From: an uncultured Gammaproteobacteria bacterium
GTDB taxonomy: Bacteria > Patescibacteriota > Patescibacteriia > UBA1558 > S5-K13
NCBI GenBank assembly: GCA_964640635.1
Contig: CAZXFD010000001.1
Span: 17,273-81,272 of the forward strand
DNA: 64,000 nt
Direction of reading: 5' to 3'
Shown here piece after piece: positions 53,460 to 62,588 of this stretch. Both the position numbers and the translations under genes were made by a program. The notes below the pieces were generated by a model, which ran no database searches, had not been told where the DNA came from, and was given only the letters and a program-made list of their open reading frames with translations. The number at the start of each line of letters is the position of its first letter. The first letter of the stretch is position 1.

Positions 53460-54116
53460 TCAGCCTTGATTAAGTTTTACTAGTAGTTTATATCCTAGAA
53501 TATACATAAATCCATCAGATGTGTATTCCTGTAATAGATTCCATGGAACAAATCTAATATTGGTAGATTTAGAATTCTCTAAATGGGGTTTGAATTTGTA
53601 GAGGTTTTTATCCAAAGGATCTTTTTCTACGTCTTCAATAGGTATCTCAGCAGAGTAACAACTAAGGCCTTCATTTTTTTTGGCATTTGTTATAAAGACC
53701 GCTCTATTGGTATTTACTACCAAACCAGGGAGTTCTTCTAGTTGGACTGTTAGTCCAGTTTCTTCTTCTGTTTCACGTTGTACGGCAGAATGTTTGTTTT
53801 TGTCTGTTGGATCAAAGAATCCACCTATTGCACAATAGTTTTCTCCACTCATGTTTACCCGATTTTCTTTTAGTAGAGAAATGTATAACAATTCATCACT
53901 GTCTTTAAAATATAAGATAGATATTTCTCCACCCCCACCATTTTCATGAAAAAACAAACAGTCATATCCTTTCGGATGTTCTCCATAAATAACCTTTCCA
54001 AAGTTAGGATTGGATAATTCCATGAATACAACATTTTTTATTTCCTCATTATTTATTTTCAAGATCCAGTCACGATGCAAAGAGTTGCTAATTTTTTTTA
54101 ATATATGAAAACTCAT
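53460..54116 (-). CDS. Nudix hydrolase
   Basis: Nudix box GGFFDPTDKNKHSAVQRETEEETGL. Confidence 0.7.
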   Translation of the reverse strand: MSFHILKKISNSLHRDWILKINNEEIKNVVFMELSNPNFGKVIYGEHPKGYDCLFFHENGGGGEISILYFKDSDELLYISLLKENRVNMSGENYCAIGGFFDPTDKNKHSAVQRETEEETGLTVQLEELPGLVVNTNRAVFITNAKKNEGLSCYSAEIPIEDVEKDPLDKNLYKFKPHLENSKSTNIRFVPWNLLQEYTSDGFMYILGYKLLVKLNQG

Positions 54117-54362
54117 TTATTCCTCCCAGATTTTTATATTTCATATTAAATTATCACAAAATAAGTATTGTGTCAAATTTATAATATCGGATATTATAAG
54201 CATAGAATATCTAAATAGGGGGGTGGTAATTATGTGGTTTTCTATGATAATATAAATATACATAAAGTTATTGGAAGGTTCGCCTATCCCGCAAGGCGGG
54301 ACCCCGTCATGCGGTGGGTGGCTTAATCTATAATTTTGTAATATGGGCAGTATATTTATTTA

Positions 54363-54452
54363 GGAAGGTTCGCCTAGTGGCCTATGGCGCCTGCTTGGAA
54401 AGCAGGTTTCCCTTCACCGGGATCGGGGGTTCGAATCCCCCATCTTCCGCCA
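54363..54452 (+). tRNA. tRNA-Ser (anticodon GGA), type II with long variable arm, CCA encoded
   Basis: Acceptor GGAAGGT/ATCTTCC, anticodon stem CCTGC/GCAGG with loop TTGGAAA (anticodon GGA), T-arm GGGGGTTCGAATCCCCC, and a terminal GCCA. Confidence 0.85.
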
Positions 54453-54476
54453 AAAAATAGACTATAAATTTAAAAT

Positions 54477-55190
54477 ATGCCAAAATCAGATAACAAAAAA
54501 ACACTAGTATTATTTGATGTCGGAGGAGTGCTCGTTAAATTAAATTTTTCAAAGTTTTATAATGAAGTTATAAAATTATCAAAAAATATTAGTGTTGATG
54601 AATTCAAAAAGCGATTTTCAAATGAAATTCAGAAATATTCATTAACTGGTAATCTAGCATTAGAAGAATATTTTGAAAAATTAAGAGGAATTATATCTTC
54701 GGGAAAATATATAAGCAATAAAGAGTTTGAAGATTTATTTGCTTTTGCTTTAGGTGAATCTATTGATGAAATAATAAAGCTTAAGAAAAGAATTTATGAA
54801 GCTGGGTATTCAGTAGGAATATTTTCGAATATTGATGATATAGCTCTAAAGATTATTAAGCAAATGGACGGGGAGGTGTTTGAAACTTATGATAAGTCGA
54901 ATCCTGTAATCTATTCTCATGAAGTGGGTCATACCAAAATTGATAAAGAAATGTATGAAAAGATTAGCGGCTATGACAGAATTGTATATATAGATGATAA
55001 TGAAAATTATTTGAAAATTGGTATTGAAAAATTTTCTTGGTACGGAATTTTATTTACTGAATATATTGACGACGCAGAAGCAATTCGTTTGGTGCATAAT
55101 GATAAAACAAGACCCGAAAAAAATTTTAAGATTGCAAATAATATAGGGGGGTTAGAAAATGCCTTAAGAGAGTTTGGAATTAAAATATAA
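54477..55190 (+). CDS. HAD-superfamily hydrolase
   Basis: Motif I LVLFDVGGVL and a later DDN acidic motif. Confidence 0.6.
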   Translation: MPKSDNKKTLVLFDVGGVLVKLNFSKFYNEVIKLSKNISVDEFKKRFSNEIQKYSLTGNLALEEYFEKLRGIISSGKYISNKEFEDLFAFALGESIDEIIKLKKRIYEAGYSVGIFSNIDDIALKIIKQMDGEVFETYDKSNPVIYSHEVGHTKIDKEMYEKISGYDRIVYIDDNENYLKIGIEKFSWYGILFTEYIDDAEAIRLVHNDKTRPEKNFKIANNIGGLENALREFGIKI

Positions 55191-55201
55191 CTTATTATAA
55201 T

Positions 55202-56194
55202 ATGAGCATAATTCCGCCAAAATTAAAAAAAGGAGATGAAATAAGAATTATTGCGCCATCTAGAAGTTTGTCGCTACTTAGCGAAGAAAATATTAGACTT
55301 GCAAAAGAAAAGTTAGAGGATTTGGGTTTTGAAGTAACTTTCTCAAAAAATTGCAAAGAGTCTGATATTTTTTTATCTTCAAAAATAGAATCCAGAGTAA
55401 GCGATATTCATGACGCATTTATAGATAAAAACATAAAAGCCATTTTTACTGTAATAGGTGGATATAACTCAAATCAGCTTTTGAAATATTTAGATTATGA
55501 TCTTATAAAAAACAATCCAAAAATTTTATGTGGTTATTCAGATATTACAGCATTAGCAAACGCAATCACTACAAAGACGGGATTAATTACTTATTCAGGC
55601 CCACACTTTTCTACATTTGGAATGAAAAAAGAATTTGAATATAACTTGGAGTATTTCAAAAAGTGTTTGATGGAGGAGTCTGAGTTTGTGGTAGAGCCTT
55701 CAAAAACATGGAGTGATGATGCATGGTACAGAGATCAAGAAAATAGAACTCTAGAAAGTAATGACGGATTTATAGTTTTAAATGAAGGTGATGCTGAGGG
55801 TATAATTTTTGGTGCTAATTTGGGCACCTTTAATCTACTACAAGGAACTGAATTTATGCCAGATATTTCAGATTCGATTCTTTTTGTAGAAGATGATGAT
55901 ATGGCTGGAAATAATATGGGGGTTGAGTTTGATAGAAATTTACAATCATTAATTCATCAGCCCAATTTTGACAAGGTAAAAGCTTTGATAATTGGAAGAT
56001 TTCAAAAAAATACAGATATGACTATTGAAAAATTAAAATATATAATAAATACAAAAAAAGAATTACAAAATATACCAATTATTGCAAATCTAAATTTTGG
56101 TCATACAAATCCTATTATTACGTTTCCAATTGGAGGAACGGCAAAATTGTCAGCTAGAGAAAATAATATAAATTTTGAAATATTAAAACACTAA
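55202..56194 (+). CDS. Peptidase S66 LD-carboxypeptidase (LdcA/MccF family)
   Basis: GDEIRIIAPS N-terminus and nucleophile motif ILCGYSDITAL; 330 aa. Confidence 0.75.
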   Translation: MSIIPPKLKKGDEIRIIAPSRSLSLLSEENIRLAKEKLEDLGFEVTFSKNCKESDIFLSSKIESRVSDIHDAFIDKNIKAIFTVIGGYNSNQLLKYLDYDLIKNNPKILCGYSDITALANAITTKTGLITYSGPHFSTFGMKKEFEYNLEYFKKCLMEESEFVVEPSKTWSDDAWYRDQENRTLESNDGFIVLNEGDAEGIIFGANLGTFNLLQGTEFMPDISDSILFVEDDDMAGNNMGVEFDRNLQSLIHQPNFDKVKALIIGRFQKNTDMTIEKLKYIINTKKELQNIPIIANLNFGHTNPIITFPIGGTAKLSARENNINFEILKH

Positions 56195-56214
56195 GTTTCA
56201 AAGATTATTAAATC

Positions 56215-56991
56215 GTGTTAAATAAAAATTATTTTATGCAAAATTTTGAAAAAAAAGAATTTGAATTATTAGAAGAAAAAAGGCGTATAAGAGATAGCGT
56301 TGCTGGGATATTTTCATCTCAAGATTTTAAACTTGGAAAAGAAAAGGTTTGTAATCAATTTGTTTTATCAAATGGGGGGGGAGTGATTAATAGCAATGAA
56401 GATGAGAATGGTATTGTTAAAATTATATTGAACTTGAAAAATGGAGTAGTACTTGATTTTAGTAATTTATTGCCAGATGGATGGAAATTTGTTTCTCCTA
56501 CATTTCTGATAAAATCTGGGAAAGAAAAAGTAGCCGGTGTTTGGTCTGCCAATTTAGAACAAAAAACAATTTCAGTAGGAGAAATTAAGGGAACGGAATC
56601 TGTTTTTGCTCTTTTGCACGAGATAGGACATGCATTAGATAAAGAAAAAATGAAAAAAGCAAACGAGGTATATGAAAATTATGGAGAATCAAGATCATTT
56701 AATTCTTTTTCTTCTTCCGCAGAAAGAGTTGCTTGGGCAAATGCAATAAATTTAATGCGTAAACTTCGTGATGATGGAATAAATCTTTTTGAATTTATAG
56801 GTTGGGAAGACTTTAGATCATTTATGTATAAGAGCCTGGCGGATCATAGAATTGTGGCATCTCTAGATGAAATACAATCGGCAAAAGAAACTCAAAAGTT
56901 TGTAGAAAAATTAGGAGGTCATTATAAGTTTGAGGATGTGGATATAGAATATTTAAAAAAATTATTTGATAAAAATATTAAAGATTATTAA
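56215..56991 (+). CDS. Hypothetical protein with an HExxH zinc-metallopeptidase-like motif
   Basis: LLHEIGHALD; no further family recognised. Confidence 0.4.
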   Translation: MLNKNYFMQNFEKKEFELLEEKRRIRDSVAGIFSSQDFKLGKEKVCNQFVLSNGGGVINSNEDENGIVKIILNLKNGVVLDFSNLLPDGWKFVSPTFLIKSGKEKVAGVWSANLEQKTISVGEIKGTESVFALLHEIGHALDKEKMKKANEVYENYGESRSFNSFSSSAERVAWANAINLMRKLRDDGINLFEFIGWEDFRSFMYKSLADHRIVASLDEIQSAKETQKFVEKLGGHYKFEDVDIEYLKKLFDKNIKDY

Positions 56992-57005
56992 ACCACAATA
57001 GATAT

Positions 57006-57443
57006 ATGGAAGAAGTAAAAAAAAGAGTTGGTGTAGGATTTGGAGTTATGATTTATAAGGACGGTAAAGTTCTCTTGGGTCAAAGACATGAAGACCCAGA
57101 AAAAGCATCAAGCGAGCTTCATGGAGAAGGAACATGGACAATGCCGGGAGGAAAATTGCATTTTGGAGAAACTCCTGAAGAGGGTGCAAAAAGAGAATTA
57201 ATGGAAGAAACTGGAATGACTTCTAATTCTTTGAAGCTTATTAGTCTTACAAATGATATGGTTTCTGATGCACATTACATAACACTTGGATTTTTGTGTG
57301 AAGATTTCGAAGGTAGTCCATCTGTTATGGAACCTGATGAGATTACAAAATGGGATTGGTTTAGTCTTGATAATTTACCAAGTCCAATGTATAAGTCCTC
57401 ACAAAAAGTTATTGATCATTTTTTAAGTAATAAAATTTATTAA
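57006..57443 (+). CDS. Nudix hydrolase
   Basis: Nudix box GGKLHFGETPEEGAKRELMEETG. Confidence 0.75.
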   Translation: MEEVKKRVGVGFGVMIYKDGKVLLGQRHEDPEKASSELHGEGTWTMPGGKLHFGETPEEGAKRELMEETGMTSNSLKLISLTNDMVSDAHYITLGFLCEDFEGSPSVMEPDEITKWDWFSLDNLPSPMYKSSQKVIDHFLSNKIY

Positions 57444-57450
57444 TTTTTTT

Positions 57451-58434
57451 ATGTCTATTTTATATAAAGATGCTGTGTATGGAGAAATAGAGATCACTGA
57501 TCCAGTAATTTTGGATTTGATAAATTGTCCCACCATTCAAAGATTAAAAGAAATAGATTCCGCTGGTTATTATGAACCATTTTTTCCAGGAACAAGAAGG
57601 TCTAGATTTTCACATTCGATTGGGGTTTATTTACTTCTCAAAATTTATGGAGCATCAATAGAGGAGCAGATTGCGGGACTTATCCACGATGTATCTCATT
57701 CTGCTTTTTCTCATTGTATTGATTATGTATTACAATTTGATTCTCCAGAAAAACAGGATCATCAAGATAATATTTTTGAAAATTTTGTAAAGAAATCTGA
57801 AATTCCAGAAATACTAGCAAAACACAATTTTGACTTAGAATATATTTTGAACGATTATAATTTTCCACTCAAAGAAAAAAATGTACCAGATTTGTGCGCA
57901 GATAGAATAGATTATTCTCTTAGAGATGCTATTGTAGTTGGAGAAATAAAAGATGTTAAATATTTTATTGATAATTTAATAGTGAAGGATAGGGAATGGG
58001 TCTTTAAAGACTTTGAAAGTGCAAAAAAATTTGCAGAATTGTTTTTGAAAATAAATGTTGTATACTATTCTGGAATTCCATCTGCAGTAATGTTTCAAAC
58101 CGTTGGAGATTATCTAAAATATGCACTTCAGGTGAACTATATTATAGAGACTGATTTGTATAACACAGACGCAACGCTTCTTGCAAAGATAAACCCATAT
58201 TTAGAAAAAGATGCTAGACTCAATCTTTTGTTTGAAAGAATGAATAATAGAGTAGCTTATAAAAATGACAAAAATGATTATGACGTGAGAGTTGTTTGTA
58301 AATCTCGTGTTGTAGATCCATTTTGTGTCCATGAGAATATTATAAAAAGGGTTTCAGAAATTGAACCAAGCTGGGCTGACGTGATAGAGAAAGAATTAAA
58401 ACCAAAAGAATATTTTTTGAAATTTGAAAAATAA
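57451..58434 (+). CDS. HD-domain phosphohydrolase
   Basis: HSIGV...HDVSHSAFSH...DRIDY metal-binding pattern. Confidence 0.7.
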   Translation: MSILYKDAVYGEIEITDPVILDLINCPTIQRLKEIDSAGYYEPFFPGTRRSRFSHSIGVYLLLKIYGASIEEQIAGLIHDVSHSAFSHCIDYVLQFDSPEKQDHQDNIFENFVKKSEIPEILAKHNFDLEYILNDYNFPLKEKNVPDLCADRIDYSLRDAIVVGEIKDVKYFIDNLIVKDREWVFKDFESAKKFAELFLKINVVYYSGIPSAVMFQTVGDYLKYALQVNYIIETDLYNTDATLLAKINPYLEKDARLNLLFERMNNRVAYKNDKNDYDVRVVCKSRVVDPFCVHENIIKRVSEIEPSWADVIEKELKPKEYFLKFEK

Positions 58435-58475
58435 TAAATAATAAAATCCCGCCAAGGCGGGATAAAAACAAAATT

Positions 58476-58703
58476 ATGTTTTTTAAACACAAACACAAGT
58501 TAACGTTTGGATACTTATGGAAAAACATTGTCACAATAACCGGCATTGTTTTGGTGTGGCGAGGAATTTGGCACGTATTAGATGGGATTGATATTAGATT
58601 TTTTAATGGAAGTCATTTTTGGACTGGCTTTGTTGGAGTTATTATAGGAATAGTTATTTTATATATACCTGATAAAAATTTGAAGGAAATAGAAAAATTG
58701 TAG
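58476..58703 (+). CDS. Small membrane protein
   Basis: 75 aa with two hydrophobic helices. Confidence 0.35.
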   Translation: MFFKHKHKLTFGYLWKNIVTITGIVLVWRGIWHVLDGIDIRFFNGSHFWTGFVGVIIGIVILYIPDKNLKEIEKL

Positions 58704-58785
58704 ACGAAGGATAAATAATAAAGGGTGAAGTGTAAGTTTTGAAGGATGAAGTTTTGGGTATTTATAATTAAATAAAACAAATTGT

Positions 58786-59148
58786 ATGAAAAGCGATTTA
58801 AAAAATCCAGATAATAATCTGGTAGAAAGAACTTTTAGGTTTGCGCAAAATGTTATTAATTTGTGTAGATCCATTGATCAAAATATAATAACAAGACCAA
58901 TAATTTCACAATTAATTAAATCTGGAACAAGTGTCGGCGCAAATTATAGGGAAGCACAGAATGCGTGTTCTAGGAAAGATTTTAGAAATAAATTATATAT
59001 TTGTAAAAAAGAAATTTCAGAAACAGAATATTGGTTAAGATTATTGAAAGAATATGATTTTTCAAAAATTAGTTTGTTAGAAAAAGAAGCTCAAGAATTG
59101 ACACTTATATTTGGTAAATCAATTTCTTCTATCAATAAAACATTATAA
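58786..59148 (+). CDS. Four-helix-bundle protein (formerly 23S rRNA intervening-sequence protein family)
   Basis: VERTFRFAQNVINLCR...SQLIKSGTSVGANYREAQNA...EYWL. Confidence 0.65.
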   Translation: MKSDLKNPDNNLVERTFRFAQNVINLCRSIDQNIITRPIISQLIKSGTSVGANYREAQNACSRKDFRNKLYICKKEISETEYWLRLLKEYDFSKISLLEKEAQELTLIFGKSISSINKTL

Positions 59149-59230
59149 TTCTTACTTCAAACTTTATCCTTAATAATTTAACATTCATTATAATTCTTAC
59201 TTCAAACTTTATACTTAATCACTTAACATT
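59143..59230 (+). repeat. About 45-nt tandem direct repeat x2 in the glmS leader
   Basis: ttataattcttacttcaaactttatccttaat... and ttataattcttacttcaaactttatacttaat... run up to the glmS ATG. Confidence 0.8.
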
Positions 59231-61027
59231 ATGTGTGGAATAATAGGATACATTGGAAAAAAACAAGTCGCTCCAATATTAATTGCAGGACTAAAACGTC
59301 TTGAATATCGCGGTTATGATAGTGCTGGTATTTGTGTTTTGGAAAATAATAGTTTAAGTACTATTAAAAAGCGAGGACATATTGCAGAGCTCGAACAAGA
59401 ACTTAATTCTCGAGAAGTAATAGGGACTATTGGTATTGCTCATACAAGATGGGCTACTCATGGTGAGCCAAATGAAATAAATGCTCATCCTCATTATGAT
59501 TGTACTGGTAATATTTCTATAATTCATAATGGGATTATTGAAAATTTTCAAGCACTGAAAAAATTATTAGAGAACGAAGGTCATAAATTTGTATCAGAAA
59601 CAGATTCAGAGGTTTTGGCACATTTGATAGAAAAATTTTATAGCAGCGATATTGAAAACGCTGTAATAAAAGCATTGAAGCAAGTTGAAGGAACATTTGG
59701 TTTAGCAGTACTTTGTAAAAATGAAGAAAAAATAATAGTTGCTCGTCGAGGGTCACCTCTTATTATTGGCGTGGGAGAGGGTGAAGTTTTTGTTGCAAGC
59801 GATGCCTCAGCAATTCTTGAATACACCAAACAAGTAATTTATCTAAAAGATAATGAATTAGCAATCTTAAGTCGCGATAATTATGAAATAAAAAATCTTG
59901 ATGGTGTCTCATGTGATTTTGAAATACAAGAAATTAAGTGGAGTTTGGATGAGATAGAAAAAGTTGGTTTTAAACATTTTATGCTTAAGGAAATTTTTGA
60001 GCAACCAAGGTCAATAGAAAATACGCTTCGCGGAAGAATAAATGGAGGCAAAATAAAATTATCTCTAAACTTCAATCCAAAAAGTATAAATAGAATTATC
60101 ATTACAGCATGTGGAACAAGTTGGCATTCGGCTCTAATAGGAAAATATTTGATAGAGAAAATTGCAAAAATTCCCGTTGAAGTTGATTATGCTTCAGAGT
60201 TTCGCTACCGTGATCCTATTATAAGAAGCGATGATTTGTTTGTAGTGATTTCTCAGTCAGGTGAAACAGCAGATACATTAGCGGCTCTAAGGCAGGCTAC
60301 AGTTTGCGAGACATTAGGAATAGTAAATGTAGTGGGCTCTACTATTTCAAGAGAAGTAAAATCAGGAATATATCTTCATGCAGGACCAGAAATCGGTGTA
60401 GCAAGCACAAAAGCTTTTACGTGTCAGGTGACTGCAATTATTCTTTTAGCATTATATATTAGACAAGAATTAGGAATGGAAATAGATAATAGATTAATAG
60501 AAGAATTTATTATAATACCTGAGAAAATAAAAATTATTTTAGATAAAAGCGAAAAAATAAAAGAATTGTCATACAATTTTATAGATGCAAAAAACTTTTT
60601 ATATCTTGGTCGAGGAGTAAATTTTCCAGTTGCTCTTGAAGGAGCTCTTAAGCTCAAAGAAATTTCTTATATTCATGCAGAAGGATATCCAGCAGCAGAG
60701 ATGAAACATGGACCAATAGCTCTTATTGATGAAAATATGTTTGTTGTATTTATTGTAAACAAGGGTGAGATTTTTGAAAAAGTAGTAAGTAATATGCAAG
60801 AGGTAAAAGCACGTGGAGGAAAAATAATTTGTATTACAGATTGCCCAGAAGAGGAGATGATAAAGAAGTTATCAAGCTTTATAATTACGGTGCCGCAAAT
60901 CCATGAAGAGTTATCACCACTTATAAATGTAATTCCACTTCAGTTGATGAGTTATTATGTTGCTGATGCAAAAGGAATTAATGTTGATAAGCCAAGAAAT
61001 TTAGCAAAGTCGGTCACGGTAGAATAG
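59231..61027 (+). CDS. glmS: Glutamine--fructose-6-phosphate aminotransferase
   Basis: N-terminal nucleophile MCGIIGY, two SIS domains and a C-terminal ...VTVE. Confidence 0.92.
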   Translation: MCGIIGYIGKKQVAPILIAGLKRLEYRGYDSAGICVLENNSLSTIKKRGHIAELEQELNSREVIGTIGIAHTRWATHGEPNEINAHPHYDCTGNISIIHNGIIENFQALKKLLENEGHKFVSETDSEVLAHLIEKFYSSDIENAVIKALKQVEGTFGLAVLCKNEEKIIVARRGSPLIIGVGEGEVFVASDASAILEYTKQVIYLKDNELAILSRDNYEIKNLDGVSCDFEIQEIKWSLDEIEKVGFKHFMLKEIFEQPRSIENTLRGRINGGKIKLSLNFNPKSINRIIITACGTSWHSALIGKYLIEKIAKIPVEVDYASEFRYRDPIIRSDDLFVVISQSGETADTLAALRQATVCETLGIVNVVGSTISREVKSGIYLHAGPEIGVASTKAFTCQVTAIILLALYIRQELGMEIDNRLIEEFIIIPEKIKIILDKSEKIKELSYNFIDAKNFLYLGRGVNFPVALEGALKLKEISYIHAEGYPAAEMKHGPIALIDENMFVVFIVNKGEIFEKVVSNMQEVKARGGKIICITDCPEEEMIKKLSSFIITVPQIHEELSPLINVIPLQLMSYYVADAKGINVDKPRNLAKSVTVE

Positions 61028-61068
61028 TTTTGAAGTATAAAGTTTGAAGTTTGAAGGAATGGTTTTAT

Positions 61069-61195
61069 AAATTAGCTTCTCGACTTCTTTCCGCTTCGCG
61101 GAACTTCGCTCGAAGACTGATTAGTTTCAGTATTCGAACGTAGTCCCCGAGCAACGTCGAGGGGTTGGAGTCGAGAATCTGAAACTTTTAATAAT
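61069..61195 (+). repeat. 127-bp GC-rich structured direct repeat, copy 1 (upstream of the GDSL gene)
   Basis: aaattagcttctcgacttctttccgcttcgcgg...ggagtcgagaatctgaaacttttaataat; the terminal arms ttctcgact and agtcgagaa are complementary. Confidence 0.9.
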
Positions 61196-61210
61196 CAAAT
61201 ATTAAAAATT

Positions 61211-61783
61211 ATGAAAAAAATTTGTATATTTGGAGATAGCGTTGTTTGTGGTGAAGGAGACGATATTGGTGGTGGATGGGTTAATAGACTGGCAAATCAT
61301 TTTAAAGATTTTGAAATTTTTAATTTGGGAATTGATGGCGGAACAATATTGAGTATTCAAGAGATATTTGAAAAAGAAATAAAAGAAAAGAATCCCGATA
61401 CTATTATTTTTGAAGCAGGTGGAAATGATAGCGCTTATGATAAAGAGGCTCACGAATTTTTGACAAATGAAGATGAATTTGAAAATATCGTAAGAAATCT
61501 TATTGTTCAAGCACAAAAACATGTAGAAAATATTTTTTTTATTGGATTTACAAATTGTGATGAAAAAAGAACTATGCCAGTTTCTTGGTGTAATCTATGT
61601 TATGAAAATAAAAATATTCAAAAGTATAATGAGATTATAAAAAATGTTTGTGATGAAAATGGAGTTTTGTTTATTGATACATATGGGGTATTAGAAAATG
61701 ATGATTTTGCAGATGGTCTTCACCCAAATTCATCGGGGCATGAAAAGATATTTGAAAAAATTAAAGACTCGTTTAAATTTTAG
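61211..61783 (+). CDS. SGNH/GDSL hydrolase
   Basis: ICIFGDSVVCGEGD (GDS block), GGNDS and DGLHP blocks; flanked by 127-bp direct repeats. Confidence 0.7.
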   Translation: MKKICIFGDSVVCGEGDDIGGGWVNRLANHFKDFEIFNLGIDGGTILSIQEIFEKEIKEKNPDTIIFEAGGNDSAYDKEAHEFLTNEDEFENIVRNLIVQAQKHVENIFFIGFTNCDEKRTMPVSWCNLCYENKNIQKYNEIIKNVCDENGVLFIDTYGVLENDDFADGLHPNSSGHEKIFEKIKDSFKF

Positions 61784-61797
61784 AATATAGATTTTGA

Positions 61798-61924
61798 AAA
61801 TTAGCTTCTCGACTTCTTTCCACTTCGCGGAACTTCGCTCGAAGACTAATTAGTTTCAGTATTCGAACGTAGTCCCCGAGCAACGTCGAGGGGTTGGAGT
61901 CGAGAATCTGAAACTTTTAATAAT
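61798..61924 (+). repeat. 127-bp GC-rich structured direct repeat, copy 2 (downstream of the GDSL gene)
   Basis: Identical to copy 1 except two G-to-A changes (ccgctt to ccactt; gactgatt to gactaatt). Confidence 0.9.
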
Positions 61925-61940
61925 AAAAACTAAATACTAA

Positions 61941-62588
61941 TTGATGCAACTTCAGCTACAACAATTATTCAAAGATTTTGATAAACTCCATTTAAAACAT
62001 GGGGATTGTAATTATCACTCAATATATGGAGCGGGATGTATAAAAAGTCCGAAGTTTATGTTTGTTTTTATGAATCCAACGGGAAGAAATATTTCAGCTA
62101 ATAAATCTTGGCGAGGTATAAGAGCCCCTTGGATTGCTACAAAAAATGTTTGGAAAATATTTTTTGAGCTTAATATGATATCAAAGAAAAGTTTTGATTT
62201 TATTAAAAGCGCCAAAGCAAATGATTGGAATGTGGATTTTGCAAATAATCTTTATGAAGAAATTGCTAAAAACAAAGCTTATATCACAAATCTTGCAAAG
62301 TGCACACAAATTGATGCAAGGCCATTAAAAGACTATGTATTTAAAGAGTATTTAGAATTAATTTTTAAAGAAATAGATATAATAAAACCAAAATATATTG
62401 TAAGCTTTGGTAATCAAGTTAGTTCTATATTACTAGGTAAAAATATTAGTATATCAAAATTAGAAAAAGAATTTGAAATATTATTAGTTAAAGATAAAAA
62501 ATATAAAGTATTTCCTACTTATTATCCAGTTGGTCAGGGAATGAGAAATATGCCAAAGGCAATAAGTAAAATAAAAAGCATAAAATAA
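61941..62588 (+). CDS. Uracil-DNA glycosylase superfamily-like protein (tentative)
   Basis: KFMFVFMNPTGRN resembles motif A (G-x-NPG) of the UDG/MUG superfamily; the rest is unverified. Confidence 0.4.
   Translation: MMQLQLQQLFKDFDKLHLKHGDCNYHSIYGAGCIKSPKFMFVFMNPTGRNISANKSWRGIRAPWIATKNVWKIFFELNMISKKSFDFIKSAKANDWNVDFANNLYEEIAKNKAYITNLAKCTQIDARPLKDYVFKEYLELIFKEIDIIKPKYIVSFGNQVSSILLGKNISISKLEKEFEILLVKDKKYKVFPTYYPVGQGMRNMPKAISKIKSIK

Noticed and set aside
54273-54330. A second tRNA gene upstream of tRNA-Ser
   Set aside because: It shares only the first 14 nt with the tRNA. It lacks a T-arm and a complementary acceptor 3' strand.
59149-59230. glmS ribozyme in the glmS leader
   Set aside because: The leader is only about 80 nt and consists of an AT-rich tandem duplication, with none of the conserved glmS ribozyme core sequence.
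61069-61924. Integron attC sites or a self-cleaving ribozyme in the 127-bp repeats
   Set aside because: There are no recognisable GTTRRRY / RYYYAAC core sites at the repeat ends, only two copies, and no integrase in the window. CUGAUUAG resembles a hammerhead core but is mutated in copy 2 and lacks the stem II and GAAA arrangement.
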